A stretch of 64,000 bases of DNA from NCBI GenBank assembly GCA_963783575.1, contig CAWAOD010000005.1:512001-576000 (forward strand). The letters run 5' to 3'. Positions 1 through 9,010 of this stretch are shown here, piece after piece. How positions within the stretch are numbered: position 1 is the stretch's first letter; each line of letters begins with the position of its first letter. A program made the translations under genes and the position numbers. The notes beneath the pieces were generated by a model that searched no databases, had not been told where the DNA came from, and saw only the letters and a list, made by a program, of their open reading frames with translations. This DNA is from an uncultured Spirochaetota bacterium (GTDB lineage: Bacteria > Spirochaetota > Brevinematia > Brevinematales > JAOACQ01).

Positions 1-933
1 GCAACCGATCTTGCCGAATTTCTGGGAGCTGCTGTCGGATTTAACTTATTATTCGGCATGCCGTTGTGGATTTCAGGTATAATAACTGCTGTTTTGACTT
101 TCATTATACTTGGACTTCAGACATACGGCTTCAGGCCTTTAGAAGTTTTGATAACCGTTCTGGTTGGAGTAATTGCTCTTTGTTATCTGATTGAAATATT
201 AATCAGTCAACCTGAATGGAAAGAAGTTCTTTTCCATACTTTTGTTCCTCAATTCCAGGGAAAAGAAAGCATTTTAATTGCCACAGGAATATTGGGCGCG
301 ACGGTTATGCCTCATGTCATATTCCTTCATTCATCGCTTACCCAGGGACGGATTTTGACAAAAAACCCGGAACAGCAGAAAAGGCTTTTTAAATTTGAGG
401 TGATTGATGTATCCATAGCAATGAGTCTTGCGGGATTGATTAATATTGCAATGCTGATAATGGCGGCTTCATCATTTTATCAAAAAGGCCTGATTCATAT
501 CGATGGATTGGCTGAAGCATACAAAACGCTAATTCCTATCGCCGGTCCAGCAGCCGGGATAGTATTTGCCGTTTCGCTTTTGGCATCCGGACTTTCATCA
601 TCATCTGTCGGTACTATGGCCGGCCAGGTTATAATGCAGGGATTCATTAAAAAACAGATTCCGGTCTGGATAAGAAGAATCATAACGATAATTCCATCGC
701 TTATAGTAATATTTTTAGGACTTAATCCCACAAGAACGCTTATCATTAGCCAGGTTGTGCTGAGTTTCGGAATTCCTTTCGCACTAATTCCTCTTATTAT
801 TTTTACTAGCAACAGGAAAATTATGGGAATTTTGATAAATCATAAGGTTACAACTTATATTACCTGGTTTATTGCCGCTCTAATAATATTATTAAACCTC
901 TTTTTGATTTTTCAAACATTTTCCGGGGGTTAA
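1..933 (+). CDS. mntH: Nramp-family divalent metal (Mn2+/Fe2+) transporter, 5'-truncated by window edge
   Basis: Frame is open from base 1 (ATDLAEFLGAAVGFNLLFG then M at 58); TM6 motif GATVMPHVIFLHS, LLASGLSSSSVGTMAGQVIMQGF, SQVVLSFGIPF. Confidence 0.92.
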   Translation, partial: ATDLAEFLGAAVGFNLLFGMPLWISGIITAVLTFIILGLQTYGFRPLEVLITVLVGVIALCYLIEILISQPEWKEVLFHTFVPQFQGKESILIATGILGATVMPHVIFLHSSLTQGRILTKNPEQQKRLFKFEVIDVSIAMSLAGLINIAMLIMAASSFYQKGLIHIDGLAEAYKTLIPIAGPAAGIVFAVSLLASGLSSSSVGTMAGQVIMQGFIKKQIPVWIRRIITIIPSLIVIFLGLNPTRTLIISQVVLSFGIPFALIPLIIFTSNRKIMGILINHKVTTYITWFIAALIILLNLFLIFQTFSGG

Positions 934-934
934 T

Positions 935-1855
935 ATGTTTAAAAATATTTTAGTTCCACTGGACGGATCATACTTAGCTGAATTTGCATTACCGGTAGCG
1001 CTGATCTTTGCTAAAAAATATAATGCCGCAATCACACTGGTACATATTGTTGAAAATAATCCCCCGGGAAAAGTTCATGGTCAGCATCACCTGCAGAATT
1101 ATGATGAAGCAGTTTCATATTTAAATAAAATTGCCTCTTCATTAGCTGAACCTGAAATTGAGATAAAATGTCATGTTCATGATAATAGTAAAAACGATGT
1201 CGTACAATCTATTGTCGGACATCACACTGAATTAGCCATAGATTTAATTATTATGACAACACATGGCTGGGGAGGTTTCAAGGGTATTATATTCGGTAAT
1301 ATTGCGCAGCAGATTATTACTCTTGGTAATATTCCGGTTTTGTTTATACCTCCCGTATTAAATCGTCCGGATATTAATAATTATTTTATTAAAAATATAC
1401 TTATACCTATTGATGGAACAGAGGAGCATGAAGCGGGCTTATCATTCGCAATTGATATAGCAAAAAATTTCGCGTCGGAACTGCATCTTTTACTCGTTAT
1501 TCCAACCCTATATACCCAGCGGTCAAAAAATCAATCCATCAGCATTTTTTTACCGGCAACCTTCCGGGAGATTTTAAATCTAAATAAAAATAAAGCCGAT
1601 TCATATATTCGGGATAAAATAGAGCAAATAGAAAAAATGGGTATAAAAGTATCCGGGGAAGTAAAACGTGGAAATCCTCCAGCTATAATAGCTAAGATAA
1701 TAAATAAGAGAAATGTTCGCCTTATTGTCCTGAGTACACATGGTAAAGCCGGGTTAAGTGCTTTCTGGGCTGAAAGTGTTGCTGCTAAAATAACAAGCAA
1801 AGTAAGGAACCCGATTCTCTTTGTTCCAATTAAAGAATTGAAGACAGGAACTTAA
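935..1855 (+). CDS. Universal stress protein, tandem USP domains
   Basis: Two repeats of KNIL(V/I)P(L/I)DG...(T/S)THG motif; 1 nt after the Nramp stop. Confidence 0.9.
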   Translation: MFKNILVPLDGSYLAEFALPVALIFAKKYNAAITLVHIVENNPPGKVHGQHHLQNYDEAVSYLNKIASSLAEPEIEIKCHVHDNSKNDVVQSIVGHHTELAIDLIIMTTHGWGGFKGIIFGNIAQQIITLGNIPVLFIPPVLNRPDINNYFIKNILIPIDGTEEHEAGLSFAIDIAKNFASELHLLLVIPTLYTQRSKNQSISIFLPATFREILNLNKNKADSYIRDKIEQIEKMGIKVSGEVKRGNPPAIIAKIINKRNVRLIVLSTHGKAGLSAFWAESVAAKITSKVRNPILFVPIKELKTGT

Positions 1856-1903
1856 TTAATTGAAATATAATTCAGCAGCCCTTGCTCTGTCTTTTTAGTG
1901 AAG

Positions 1904-3319
1904 TTATGCATATTTGTAATTTTGAAACATAATATGCTTTTTCCCGTTTTTAATTATAGTTACACTGGATTGATGCGTGTCAAATACAGCGTGGATATTT
2001 TTATTCATACTTGTACGTATGATTTCAAAATATGAAAGCCCCTTGCTAAAAAAGAAGCTGTCGGCACTTTGATCATTAAGCGGCAGGGAATTTTTTTTAA
2101 GTATTAATAAATCTTTGTAATATTTATTAAAATTATTATTGTTAAAATTTTGTTGTACGGATGAAGAAATCATATTATCATTAATATCACAATTATCAAT
2201 AACCGGAATTCCAGGTGTAAAGAGCTTCATAATATTATAGGGAATTGAAACATTATTTGAAGGAATTGAGGATTCTTTTGAAGACGGCAGACTTTCGAGG
2301 TAAATAATCCTTTTAGAGTTCTGGGGATAATATTGATATTGAGTATAAATATAGTTGCTGAATTCTTCTATATCATAGTATTTTTTGTTTATTTTATCCA
2401 AAATACCGCTCAAATGAGAATCATACGTCAGATCAAACCCGGCAATATAAAGGTCCGGATTGTCCTCTTTTGCCAGCATAAGAATATCGTTTTTTATAGA
2501 TTTTATTTCAGCAATGGTATTATTCCAGAAGCTAAGTGGAAATTTTGTAGCTGTATTGAATTGAAATCCGTCCGCATCATATTTTTGTATCCAGAACTTC
2601 ATACAATGTGTAATGAAATCCATAGTTTGAATCTGATTATAAGGAAAAGGAATATTATCAAAATTAATTATTATTTTAAAACCGATTTTATGAGCATAAT
2701 CGATTAATTTATTAGGAATGAACCCCGAATAATCTGAAAAAAGACAAATTGTATTTATTCCAAGCCCTCTAAGATAAAGCAGATTCTTTATTTGATCGTC
2801 CATTTTATCAGGTGTAATCAATTTTTTAACTGCGATTGTATAAATCATGGCTTTATTTGCCCATTTAGGGATGGGATGAGTAAATTTTTTTGCGATAGAA
2901 GGAACCGATGTTTCTTCCATAATATACGCATTTTTCCACAATCCGAGGGTCTCTTCTTTGATATCTTCGAATTTCAAAACAAGATAATTATGCTCTTCAA
3001 TATAATTTGTTATATCATATGATTGTTTTCCGGATATTCGCTTCATTTCTCCTATATATTTGCCGTTTAACCAGATCTTGCCTTTATCGGTTCCGAAAAA
3101 AACAAGATATGCATATTTGCTGTTAATTTTTTTTATCTGAAATTCCTTTTTAATCCAAGCCGACTTGCTATTACAAAATGGCCTTTCCGTATTATCGACA
3201 GGAAAGAAATAATGAATAAAGTCAATTGGAAAATTACCGGGAATAAACCATTTGTCTTGTTCTCCGCAATCTTTTAAATCCAAAAATAATTTCCAGTCGC
3301 CTCTTAAATTAAATTCCAT
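1904..3319 (-). CDS. GH2-type N-terminal sugar-binding domain fused to a degenerate GH13 (alpha-amylase-like) barrel
   Basis: N-term LRGDWK..AWIKKEF..LVFFGTD..IWLNG; then PKWANKAMIY, LRGLGIN, AHKIGFK, DADGFQFN, LMLAKE; RBS GGTGGAG before ATG at 3319. Confidence 0.7.
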   Translation of the reverse strand: MEFNLRGDWKLFLDLKDCGEQDKWFIPGNFPIDFIHYFFPVDNTERPFCNSKSAWIKKEFQIKKINSKYAYLVFFGTDKGKIWLNGKYIGEMKRISGKQSYDITNYIEEHNYLVLKFEDIKEETLGLWKNAYIMEETSVPSIAKKFTHPIPKWANKAMIYTIAVKKLITPDKMDDQIKNLLYLRGLGINTICLFSDYSGFIPNKLIDYAHKIGFKIIINFDNIPFPYNQIQTMDFITHCMKFWIQKYDADGFQFNTATKFPLSFWNNTIAEIKSIKNDILMLAKEDNPDLYIAGFDLTYDSHLSGILDKINKKYYDIEEFSNYIYTQYQYYPQNSKRIIYLESLPSSKESSIPSNNVSIPYNIMKLFTPGIPVIDNCDINDNMISSSVQQNFNNNNFNKYYKDLLILKKNSLPLNDQSADSFFFSKGLSYFEIIRTSMNKNIHAVFDTHQSSVTIIKNGKKHIMFQNYKYA

Positions 3320-3538
3320 AAAATACTCCACCTAAAGATTTTCGAAAGTTTGTCAAATTATTATGATAATTATTATTAGATCAATTTATTCAGACACATA
3401 TTATTATAATACAAATTAAATCGAAACGTATCACCCCTCATGGGTGATATAGCAAATATTTTTTAAAAATATACTAGTAAAATATTAAATAATAGAATTT
3501 TGGCTGGAAAATTTTATGGATTTTATTAGAAATGTTTT

Positions 3539-4426
3539 TCAGGCAGATTTTTTGATCAAAAATTCAATGGAATCTGAAAATATTATATTCTCTAACTTTA
3601 TCTCCAGTATTGAAGTGATAAAATTCATCAATTCCAGATCGTTTTTTGTAAATATTCCGTTTTCAGTTTGTTTTTCTGTCAGATTTAAAACACCTATTGT
3701 TTTATCTTTCAAAATTTTTATCGGAAGGATCATAAGTGATTTCTTGTCGTACTGAGGTTTATTCTTTCTACTGATTTCAGGATGCGTTTCAATGTTTGTG
3801 GCATACATTCTTTTTCCGTTTTTAAATGTATACCAGGAAAGTCCTTCCTGTATCTCAATTTCCTTAATATTATCAGCGGAGAAGCCTATCTTGTCGATTA
3901 ATTTTAATTTGTTTTTATCGGATTGGTACATAAAAATAGATATTCTTTTTGCGTTGGTCAATCTGGATGATAACTGGAGAATATCACTAAAAAGCAGGTT
4001 TGTATTGTTTATATGAATAATTTTGATTATCTCGTCAAACTTCATCAATGTTAAATCTTCAATTGAATCTTCTTTTGGATTTTTTGATGAAATATCAGCG
4101 GTTCTTTGACTGGAAATAATAAAACTTTTCAAATCATGGATACTGTTTGTTAATTCTTTAATATCTACAGGTGCTGTCTTTTGTTCCGGCCCGGAAGAAC
4201 TCTTTCTTTCATTGATCAGGTTTAGATAAAAAACACTTGTTACGGCACAAATAAGAAATAAAGAAAACAGCAATATTTTAATATTGAAAATAGTGAATTG
4301 TCCAATAATATTATTTACTGGTAGAGATTTAAATTCCTCAAATAGCATATATCCCCAGATTAATATTATTGAAATGACGGCTAAATCAAGTATAATATTT
4401 AAAACATTTTTCATTTTATTCATCAC
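3539..4426 (-). CDS. Membrane-anchored GAF-domain protein
   Basis: Two N-terminal TM helices; AKRISIF..EGLSWY..SLMILPI..IGVLNL..FTKNDLELM GAF pattern; no output domain. Confidence 0.75.
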   Translation of the reverse strand: MMNKMKNVLNIILDLAVISIILIWGYMLFEEFKSLPVNNIIGQFTIFNIKILLFSLFLICAVTSVFYLNLINERKSSSGPEQKTAPVDIKELTNSIHDLKSFIISSQRTADISSKNPKEDSIEDLTLMKFDEIIKIIHINNTNLLFSDILQLSSRLTNAKRISIFMYQSDKNKLKLIDKIGFSADNIKEIEIQEGLSWYTFKNGKRMYATNIETHPEISRKNKPQYDKKSLMILPIKILKDKTIGVLNLTEKQTENGIFTKNDLELMNFITSILEIKLENIIFSDSIEFLIKKSA

Positions 4427-4489
4427 AATCTCCTCTTCTTAATAAACGTATAGTCAAATGTTTTCTTTAAAAAAAACTTTATTTCTATA

Positions 4490-4690
4490 GACCGCTCAAA
4501 TAAATTTGTTCTTAATTGATCATGCTCAAAGCCCACATCGTTATAATGTCCTTCTCCATCCAATTCAATACATAATTTTCTGCCGGACAATAAAAATCTA
4601 ATATATATACGCCTATACTATGATACCTGCGGAACTTTCTTTCTGCCAATTCATTATTTTTAATGTATTTCCAAAGCTTAGCTTCTGACT
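4490..4690 (-). pseudogene. DUF559 (Vsr-like PD-(D/E)XK endonuclease) relic
   Basis: Minus strand reads SEAKLWKYIKNNELAERKFRRYHSIGVYILDFYCPAE, then after a 1-nt shift at the run at 4576-4579 (K)LCIELDGEGHYNDVGFEHDQLRT; both ends decayed. Confidence 0.75.
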
Positions 4691-4763
4691 TCTTTCATTT
4701 ATTTCTACCACCCCTGTCACCCTCATTATCAAGGATGGGAATTCCTTTCCTAAAATCTCCCCC

Positions 4764-4826
4764 TTTTTCACCTGTCTGCCGTCTACCTGCCGGAGATCCC
4801 GGCGTAGGCAGGCCAGGCAGGTAAAA
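4764..4826. repeat. Nested GC-rich palindrome (REP-like)
   Basis: ACCTGTCTG(4770)/CAGGCAGGT(4822) outer arms, GTCTAC/GTAGGC middle, GCCGG-AGATC-CCGGC inner hairpin. Confidence 0.65.
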
Positions 4827-4860
4827 CTTTTAAATTACCTTTATAAACCAGATAAGACAT

Positions 4861-4914
4861 TATCTAAAGATAAGTTGATATCTAAAGATAAGTTGATATC
4901 TAAAGATAACTTGT
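4861..4914. repeat. Tandem repeat, 18 bp x3
   Basis: TATCTAAAGATAAGTTGA x2 then TATCTAAAGATAACTTGT; third copy overlaps the stop codon of the TPR gene. Confidence 0.9.
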
Positions 4915-6618
4915 TATTTCTTCGCACCTATAAAAATTAATATTTGGCATATTTTCTATTGCTCTCGAGGCTTCGACAGATAAAGGAGAGGTTGAAACAA
5001 GTATAAGCCGGTCAGCCTGATTGCTTTTAAATGCCGTCATAATATTCATTACCGATAGATATCCGACGGGTTCGCTCCACCTTCTGATACAAAAAAGAAC
5101 TCTTGAATCTCGTTTAAATTTTTCCTGGCAAAGCATATCGGCTGCCTGGCCTTCAGTATAAGCCATAGAATCGATTTTTACATTTTGATTGATAACTTTG
5201 AAACCCATATTTTCAGCCAATTTGAGAGATGTGGATAAAAATGTCGGAAAATCGGCTGATAAAAGGGTTTCACAGGGATTATCACCTGAAGGCTGTAACT
5301 CGTTTGAATCTTCATAAAGGCTGCTTCTCTTACTGTCCATGCCTTTATATTTTAGTGATTTTATATTGTCTTCGGTGTATTTCTCTATGATCAAAGTTGG
5401 ATCAAACTTGGTATGCGGCTTTACTCCAAAGAATGTCCATAAAGGATCTTTCTGAACAAAAATATTCTTCCAATCATCAATGATTGTATCCAATTCCTTT
5501 TGCGCATCAATCGCTCTTTGTTCCGTTATGGAATAATCTGTATCAAATTTTGGCGGTTTGTTACCGGTAAAGACATATTTATCCTTTTCTTTTTTATACC
5601 GGTCCAGCGAGGAAACCAGCTCATAAATATGGCTTCTGCTTTCTTTCAGGTGCTGTTTATCCTGATCGCTGAGCTTATCAATATCATTCTCTCCTTCAAG
5701 ATTGATATTTTTTTCTATTTCTTCAAGAGCAATATCGTAATATCCCTGTTGTATCCTGAAAAAAATATATGCCATCTGCAGTTCTTTATTATTTGATTCG
5801 ATATTAAGGACATTATTAAGATTCTTTAACTGTTCAAACAGCTCACGTGCAGTATCGTAATTTTTATTCTTGAAATAAATAAGAAATAATATTTTTATTG
5901 AAAAATAGAGTTGTTCATTTGAAAGCTGGCTTTTTTCAGAATTTATTATATCTTCAAAAAATTCCCTGGATTTTTGAAGCCCATCGTTTTTAAAATATAC
6001 AAAAGCAATTATAAATCTGGTTTCTAAACTATTCTGATCGAAGCGGATGGATTCTTCAAGTAAATTAAGAGCATCGTTAATTCGATCGATCATAATATTG
6101 CATAAAGCATAATTCCTTAAAAAATCAGGCTGGTTTTTTAAGAATTGAGCTGTTTTATCAAAATAAGTAAGAGCCCGGTGAAAATATTTTTGAGAGTAGA
6201 TAATCATTGCAATATTTTCAAGTACATCTTTTGATGACTGAACATACTGATAAGCCTGAAAAAGATTATCCAGAGCTTCCTGATCCCTGCCGATATTTTT
6301 ATACAGGAGACCCGTACGGCGATATAATTCAAATAATGTAAAAAGTTTGGTTTCTTTTCCAATTTCAATTAGTTTTGAGTAATATCCAATCGCTTCCGGA
6401 TAATGTTGCTTCTCTTCATTTATATTACCCAGATGCCAGAGTGCTTCCATATCATTCGGATTCTTTTTCAATGAGTCCATAAATATCGAAAGAGCAGTTT
6501 CCAGATCTCCGGATTCAACTGCTTTTTCCGCTTTTTTTATCTTCATGTCCTGCAATGTTGAAAATAAATAATATCCGACTAAAAATAAAAGAGCTAACAA
6601 AATAATGATAAATTCCAA
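4900..6618 (-). CDS. Membrane-anchored TPR protein with C-terminal Mrr-like restriction endonuclease-fold domain
   Basis: N-terminal TM; TPRs (ALWHLGNIN..EAIGYYSK); C-term ENMGFKV..ADMLC..FCIRRWSEPVG..ADRLILVSTSPLSVEA; TTG start with GGAGGG RBS. Confidence 0.7.
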   Translation of the reverse strand: MEFIIILLALLFLVGYYLFSTLQDMKIKKAEKAVESGDLETALSIFMDSLKKNPNDMEALWHLGNINEEKQHYPEAIGYYSKLIEIGKETKLFTLFELYRRTGLLYKNIGRDQEALDNLFQAYQYVQSSKDVLENIAMIIYSQKYFHRALTYFDKTAQFLKNQPDFLRNYALCNIMIDRINDALNLLEESIRFDQNSLETRFIIAFVYFKNDGLQKSREFFEDIINSEKSQLSNEQLYFSIKILFLIYFKNKNYDTARELFEQLKNLNNVLNIESNNKELQMAYIFFRIQQGYYDIALEEIEKNINLEGENDIDKLSDQDKQHLKESRSHIYELVSSLDRYKKEKDKYVFTGNKPPKFDTDYSITEQRAIDAQKELDTIIDDWKNIFVQKDPLWTFFGVKPHTKFDPTLIIEKYTEDNIKSLKYKGMDSKRSSLYEDSNELQPSGDNPCETLLSADFPTFLSTSLKLAENMGFKVINQNVKIDSMAYTEGQAADMLCQEKFKRDSRVLFCIRRWSEPVGYLSVMNIMTAFKSNQADRLILVSTSPLSVEASRAIENMPNINFYRCEEITSYL

Positions 6619-6713
6619 AAACTGCCCTCCAAATGAAAGAGCATTAAAACTAATATTTAAATTTAATAACTAACAATTAGATTATTATATTAATAATCTA
6701 TTAATGAAAATAA

Positions 6714-7172
6714 TTAATTTTTTCCAGATAATTCCATATATTTTTTTGCTTCATTTGTATTTCCGGATTTTTCATACAAACCGGAAACCTTATTGTCTAT
6801 ACTTTTATCGTCTTTTATCTCTAAAGCCATAAGATAATTATTCAATTTTTCCATTTCGTCGGCTGAATTTCCAGCTTTTTTAATGTAAAATTGAAATTGT
6901 TTATCTGGATTATATTGTATAACCAATTTGAAATACTGTTTAAGAAGAACTATGGCTTCTCTTGCATCGTCTCCCATCGGGTAGATTTCGGTTACATAAT
7001 ACAGTGAATCCCTGGCTTTTATCATTTTTTTGTTATCAATGAAAGCTTTTCCCGTCTCAAGCCAATCACCGGAAAGGGATTTTCTTTCAGAAGGCGAAAG
7101 TTTGTCGTAATATTTTGAATAACCGGAAACGGCAAAAGCTAAAAGAATTAAAATTCCTAATACAATCTTCAT
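6714..7172 (-). CDS. Hypothetical secreted helical/TPR-like protein
   Basis: Signal peptide MKIVLGILILLAFAVSGYS; GGAGG RBS. Confidence 0.7.
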   Translation of the reverse strand: MKIVLGILILLAFAVSGYSKYYDKLSPSERKSLSGDWLETGKAFIDNKKMIKARDSLYYVTEIYPMGDDAREAIVLLKQYFKLVIQYNPDKQFQFYIKKAGNSADEMEKLNNYLMALEIKDDKSIDNKVSGLYEKSGNTNEAKKYMELSGKN

Positions 7173-7321
7173 ATTGGCCTCCTATGAAATACTGAAACAA
7201 TTCTATTTATAATATAATTAATTATGTTTCAGATTTCAAGTACGGCTATCTTTCTTCCTGCATAAGTTAGGAATGTTAGTATTGTTCATATCATCAAATC
7301 AAAAATACTGATCTTATTATC

Positions 7322-7348
7322 TAATCAATAATGAATGAATTCCGATAT
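7322..7348 (+). promoter_or_regulatory. Putative sigma28 (FliA) promoter upstream of flgB
   Basis: TAAT-N15-TCCGATAT versus consensus TAAA-N15-GCCGATAA. Confidence 0.45.
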
Positions 7349-7421
7349 ATCGAATGATATTTTATTTTCAACCCCATATTTTATAATAAAAAATAAGATT
7401 TTTCAGTGCCGGGAGGATGAA

Positions 7422-7844
7422 ATGATTTACGGGGTAAATACAAATTTTGGTAAAAAAATGGATATGCTTGAAATGGCAATTAATGCAACCAATGTAAGAA
7501 GGGAAGTAATCGCTGACAATATAGCGAATGCGGATACTCCTTTTTTTAAAAGATCGGATGTAACATTTGAAGCTCAGCTTGAAAGGGCTGTCGAATCCGA
7601 AAAAGAACCTGAATTCCCGGCAATATTGACCGATCCGGCGCATATTGCTTTTGATGAAACCATGGATTATAGGACAGTCAAACCGAAAATCAATGTTGAA
7701 TATGATTCTAATTACAGAAATGATAAAAATAATGTTGATATTGATAAAGAAATGACATATGCTACAAAAAATGCGATGCAGTATAATGCCTTACTTGAAG
7801 TTTATTCAAGAAATATTAAAACAATCGATTATGTTATGAAATAA
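7422..7844 (+). CDS. flgB: Flagellar basal-body rod protein FlgB
   Basis: IADNIANADTPFFKRSDVTFE and RNDKNNVDIDKEM; GGGAGG RBS before ATG 7422. Confidence 0.97.
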   Translation: MIYGVNTNFGKKMDMLEMAINATNVRREVIADNIANADTPFFKRSDVTFEAQLERAVESEKEPEFPAILTDPAHIAFDETMDYRTVKPKINVEYDSNYRNDKNNVDIDKEMTYATKNAMQYNALLEVYSRNIKTIDYVMK

Positions 7845-7873
7845 AACCAATTATTTTGAGATAGGAGATTAAT

Positions 7874-8329
7874 ATGGGAATTTTTAATGTATTAAATATC
7901 AGTTCCAGCGGATTAACGGCGCAGAGGCTCAGGGTTGATGTAATAGCAAATAATATTGCAAATTCAACCACGACACGTACAACTGACGGCGGGCCTTTCC
8001 AGAGATCGAGAGTAGTTTTGAGGCCTATAGACGATAGCCTGACATTCAAATCACATTTATTACCCGAAACTATGGGAAAAAGGGAAGGGCAAGGAGTCAG
8101 GGTGATGAAAATCGAAAAGGATGAACAGCCGCCCAGGATGGTATATGATCCGACCCATCCTGATGTGGTGCAATCAGGTAAATGGAAGGGATATGTAATG
8201 TATCCGAATGTTAATATCGTACAGGAAATGGTTGATATGATCTCTGCCAACAGAAGTTATGAAGCCAATGTTACTATGATAAATTCCGCAAGGCAGATGT
8301 TTGAAAAAGCATTATCATTAGGGAAATAA
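7874..8329 (+). CDS. flgC: Flagellar basal-body rod protein FlgC
   Basis: SGLTAQRLRVDVIANNIAN, YDPTHPD, PNVNIVQEMVDMISANRSYEAN. Confidence 0.98.
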   Translation: MGIFNVLNISSSGLTAQRLRVDVIANNIANSTTTRTTDGGPFQRSRVVLRPIDDSLTFKSHLLPETMGKREGQGVRVMKIEKDEQPPRMVYDPTHPDVVQSGKWKGYVMYPNVNIVQEMVDMISANRSYEANVTMINSARQMFEKALSLGK

Positions 8330-8434
8330 TTTTTAATAAATAATTAATAAAAAAATAAATAATTTCTTGCAATTATATAAAAATAAGTCATAATAGTAGT
8401 AGTTAAAAACTTACTACTGAAATTGGGAGGGAAA

Positions 8435-8767
8435 ATGGAAATCATTGGAAGAAACCAGGCAGTAGGAAACCAGGTAAATCTTATCACAACGGATAGAATG
8501 CACTTTAATGAAAAAGGTATGACCCCGTCTCAAAAGGATGTCCCCACCGATCCGTTTTCAAAAATACTTTTTGATTCTATTGATCAGGTAAACTCATTAC
8601 AGCAGAATTCGGATGATTTAGAACAAAAGATGATCACTAATCCCGAATCTGTTAATATAGATGATGTAATGATAGCCTCTGAAAAAACAAGGCTTTCTGT
8701 ATCCTTCTTTAAGAGTATTTCTGAAAAAGCTATCAGGGCATATAATGATATCATGATGATCCGTTGA
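8435..8767 (+). CDS. fliE: Flagellar hook-basal body protein FliE
   Basis: FSKILFDSIDQVN..IDDVMIASEK..AYNDIMMIR; position between flgC and fliF; GGGAGG RBS. Confidence 0.93.
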   Translation: MEIIGRNQAVGNQVNLITTDRMHFNEKGMTPSQKDVPTDPFSKILFDSIDQVNSLQQNSDDLEQKMITNPESVNIDDVMIASEKTRLSVSFFKSISEKAIRAYNDIMMIR

Positions 8768-8910
8768 CAACTTCCTGTTGTCTACAGAACTTCCTGGGCG
8801 TAATAGCGGATAAACCGTTCTTCACTGCCTTTGTATAGTTTGGGGAGTTCTCTGGGGCATCCGTGTGTCCCTAATCTGGCATTGGTTTTGCGAATGAAGT
8901 CCGGGATATA
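8766..8910 (+). other. GC-rich structured intergenic element (possible cis-acting RNA or REP/MITE)
   Basis: Hairpin GACAAC/GTTGTC, long stem AGAACTTCCTGGGC/GTTTGGGGAGTTCT with G-U pairs, inner GCGG/CCGT, hairpin GGGGCAT/GTGTCCC. Confidence 0.45.
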
Positions 8911-8955
8911 GAGTGATTTGTTTATGAGGCTTAAAATTAATTATAAATAGAATTT

Positions 8956-8984
8956 TTGACTTTAAACTTTCTATTTTATACATT
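8956..8984 (+). promoter_or_regulatory. Putative internal sigma70 promoter upstream of fliF
   Basis: TTGACT-N17-TACATT. Confidence 0.45.
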
Positions 8985-9010
8985 TAACTTAATAAGGCAG
9001 GAGGGAACAT

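Noticed and set aside
4861..4914. CRISPR array
   Set aside because: Repeats are contiguous with no spacers and no cas genes are present
8766..8910. c-di-GMP riboswitch, SRP RNA or 6S RNA
   Set aside because: Hallmark motifs of these families not seen on either strand; kept only as an unclassified structured element
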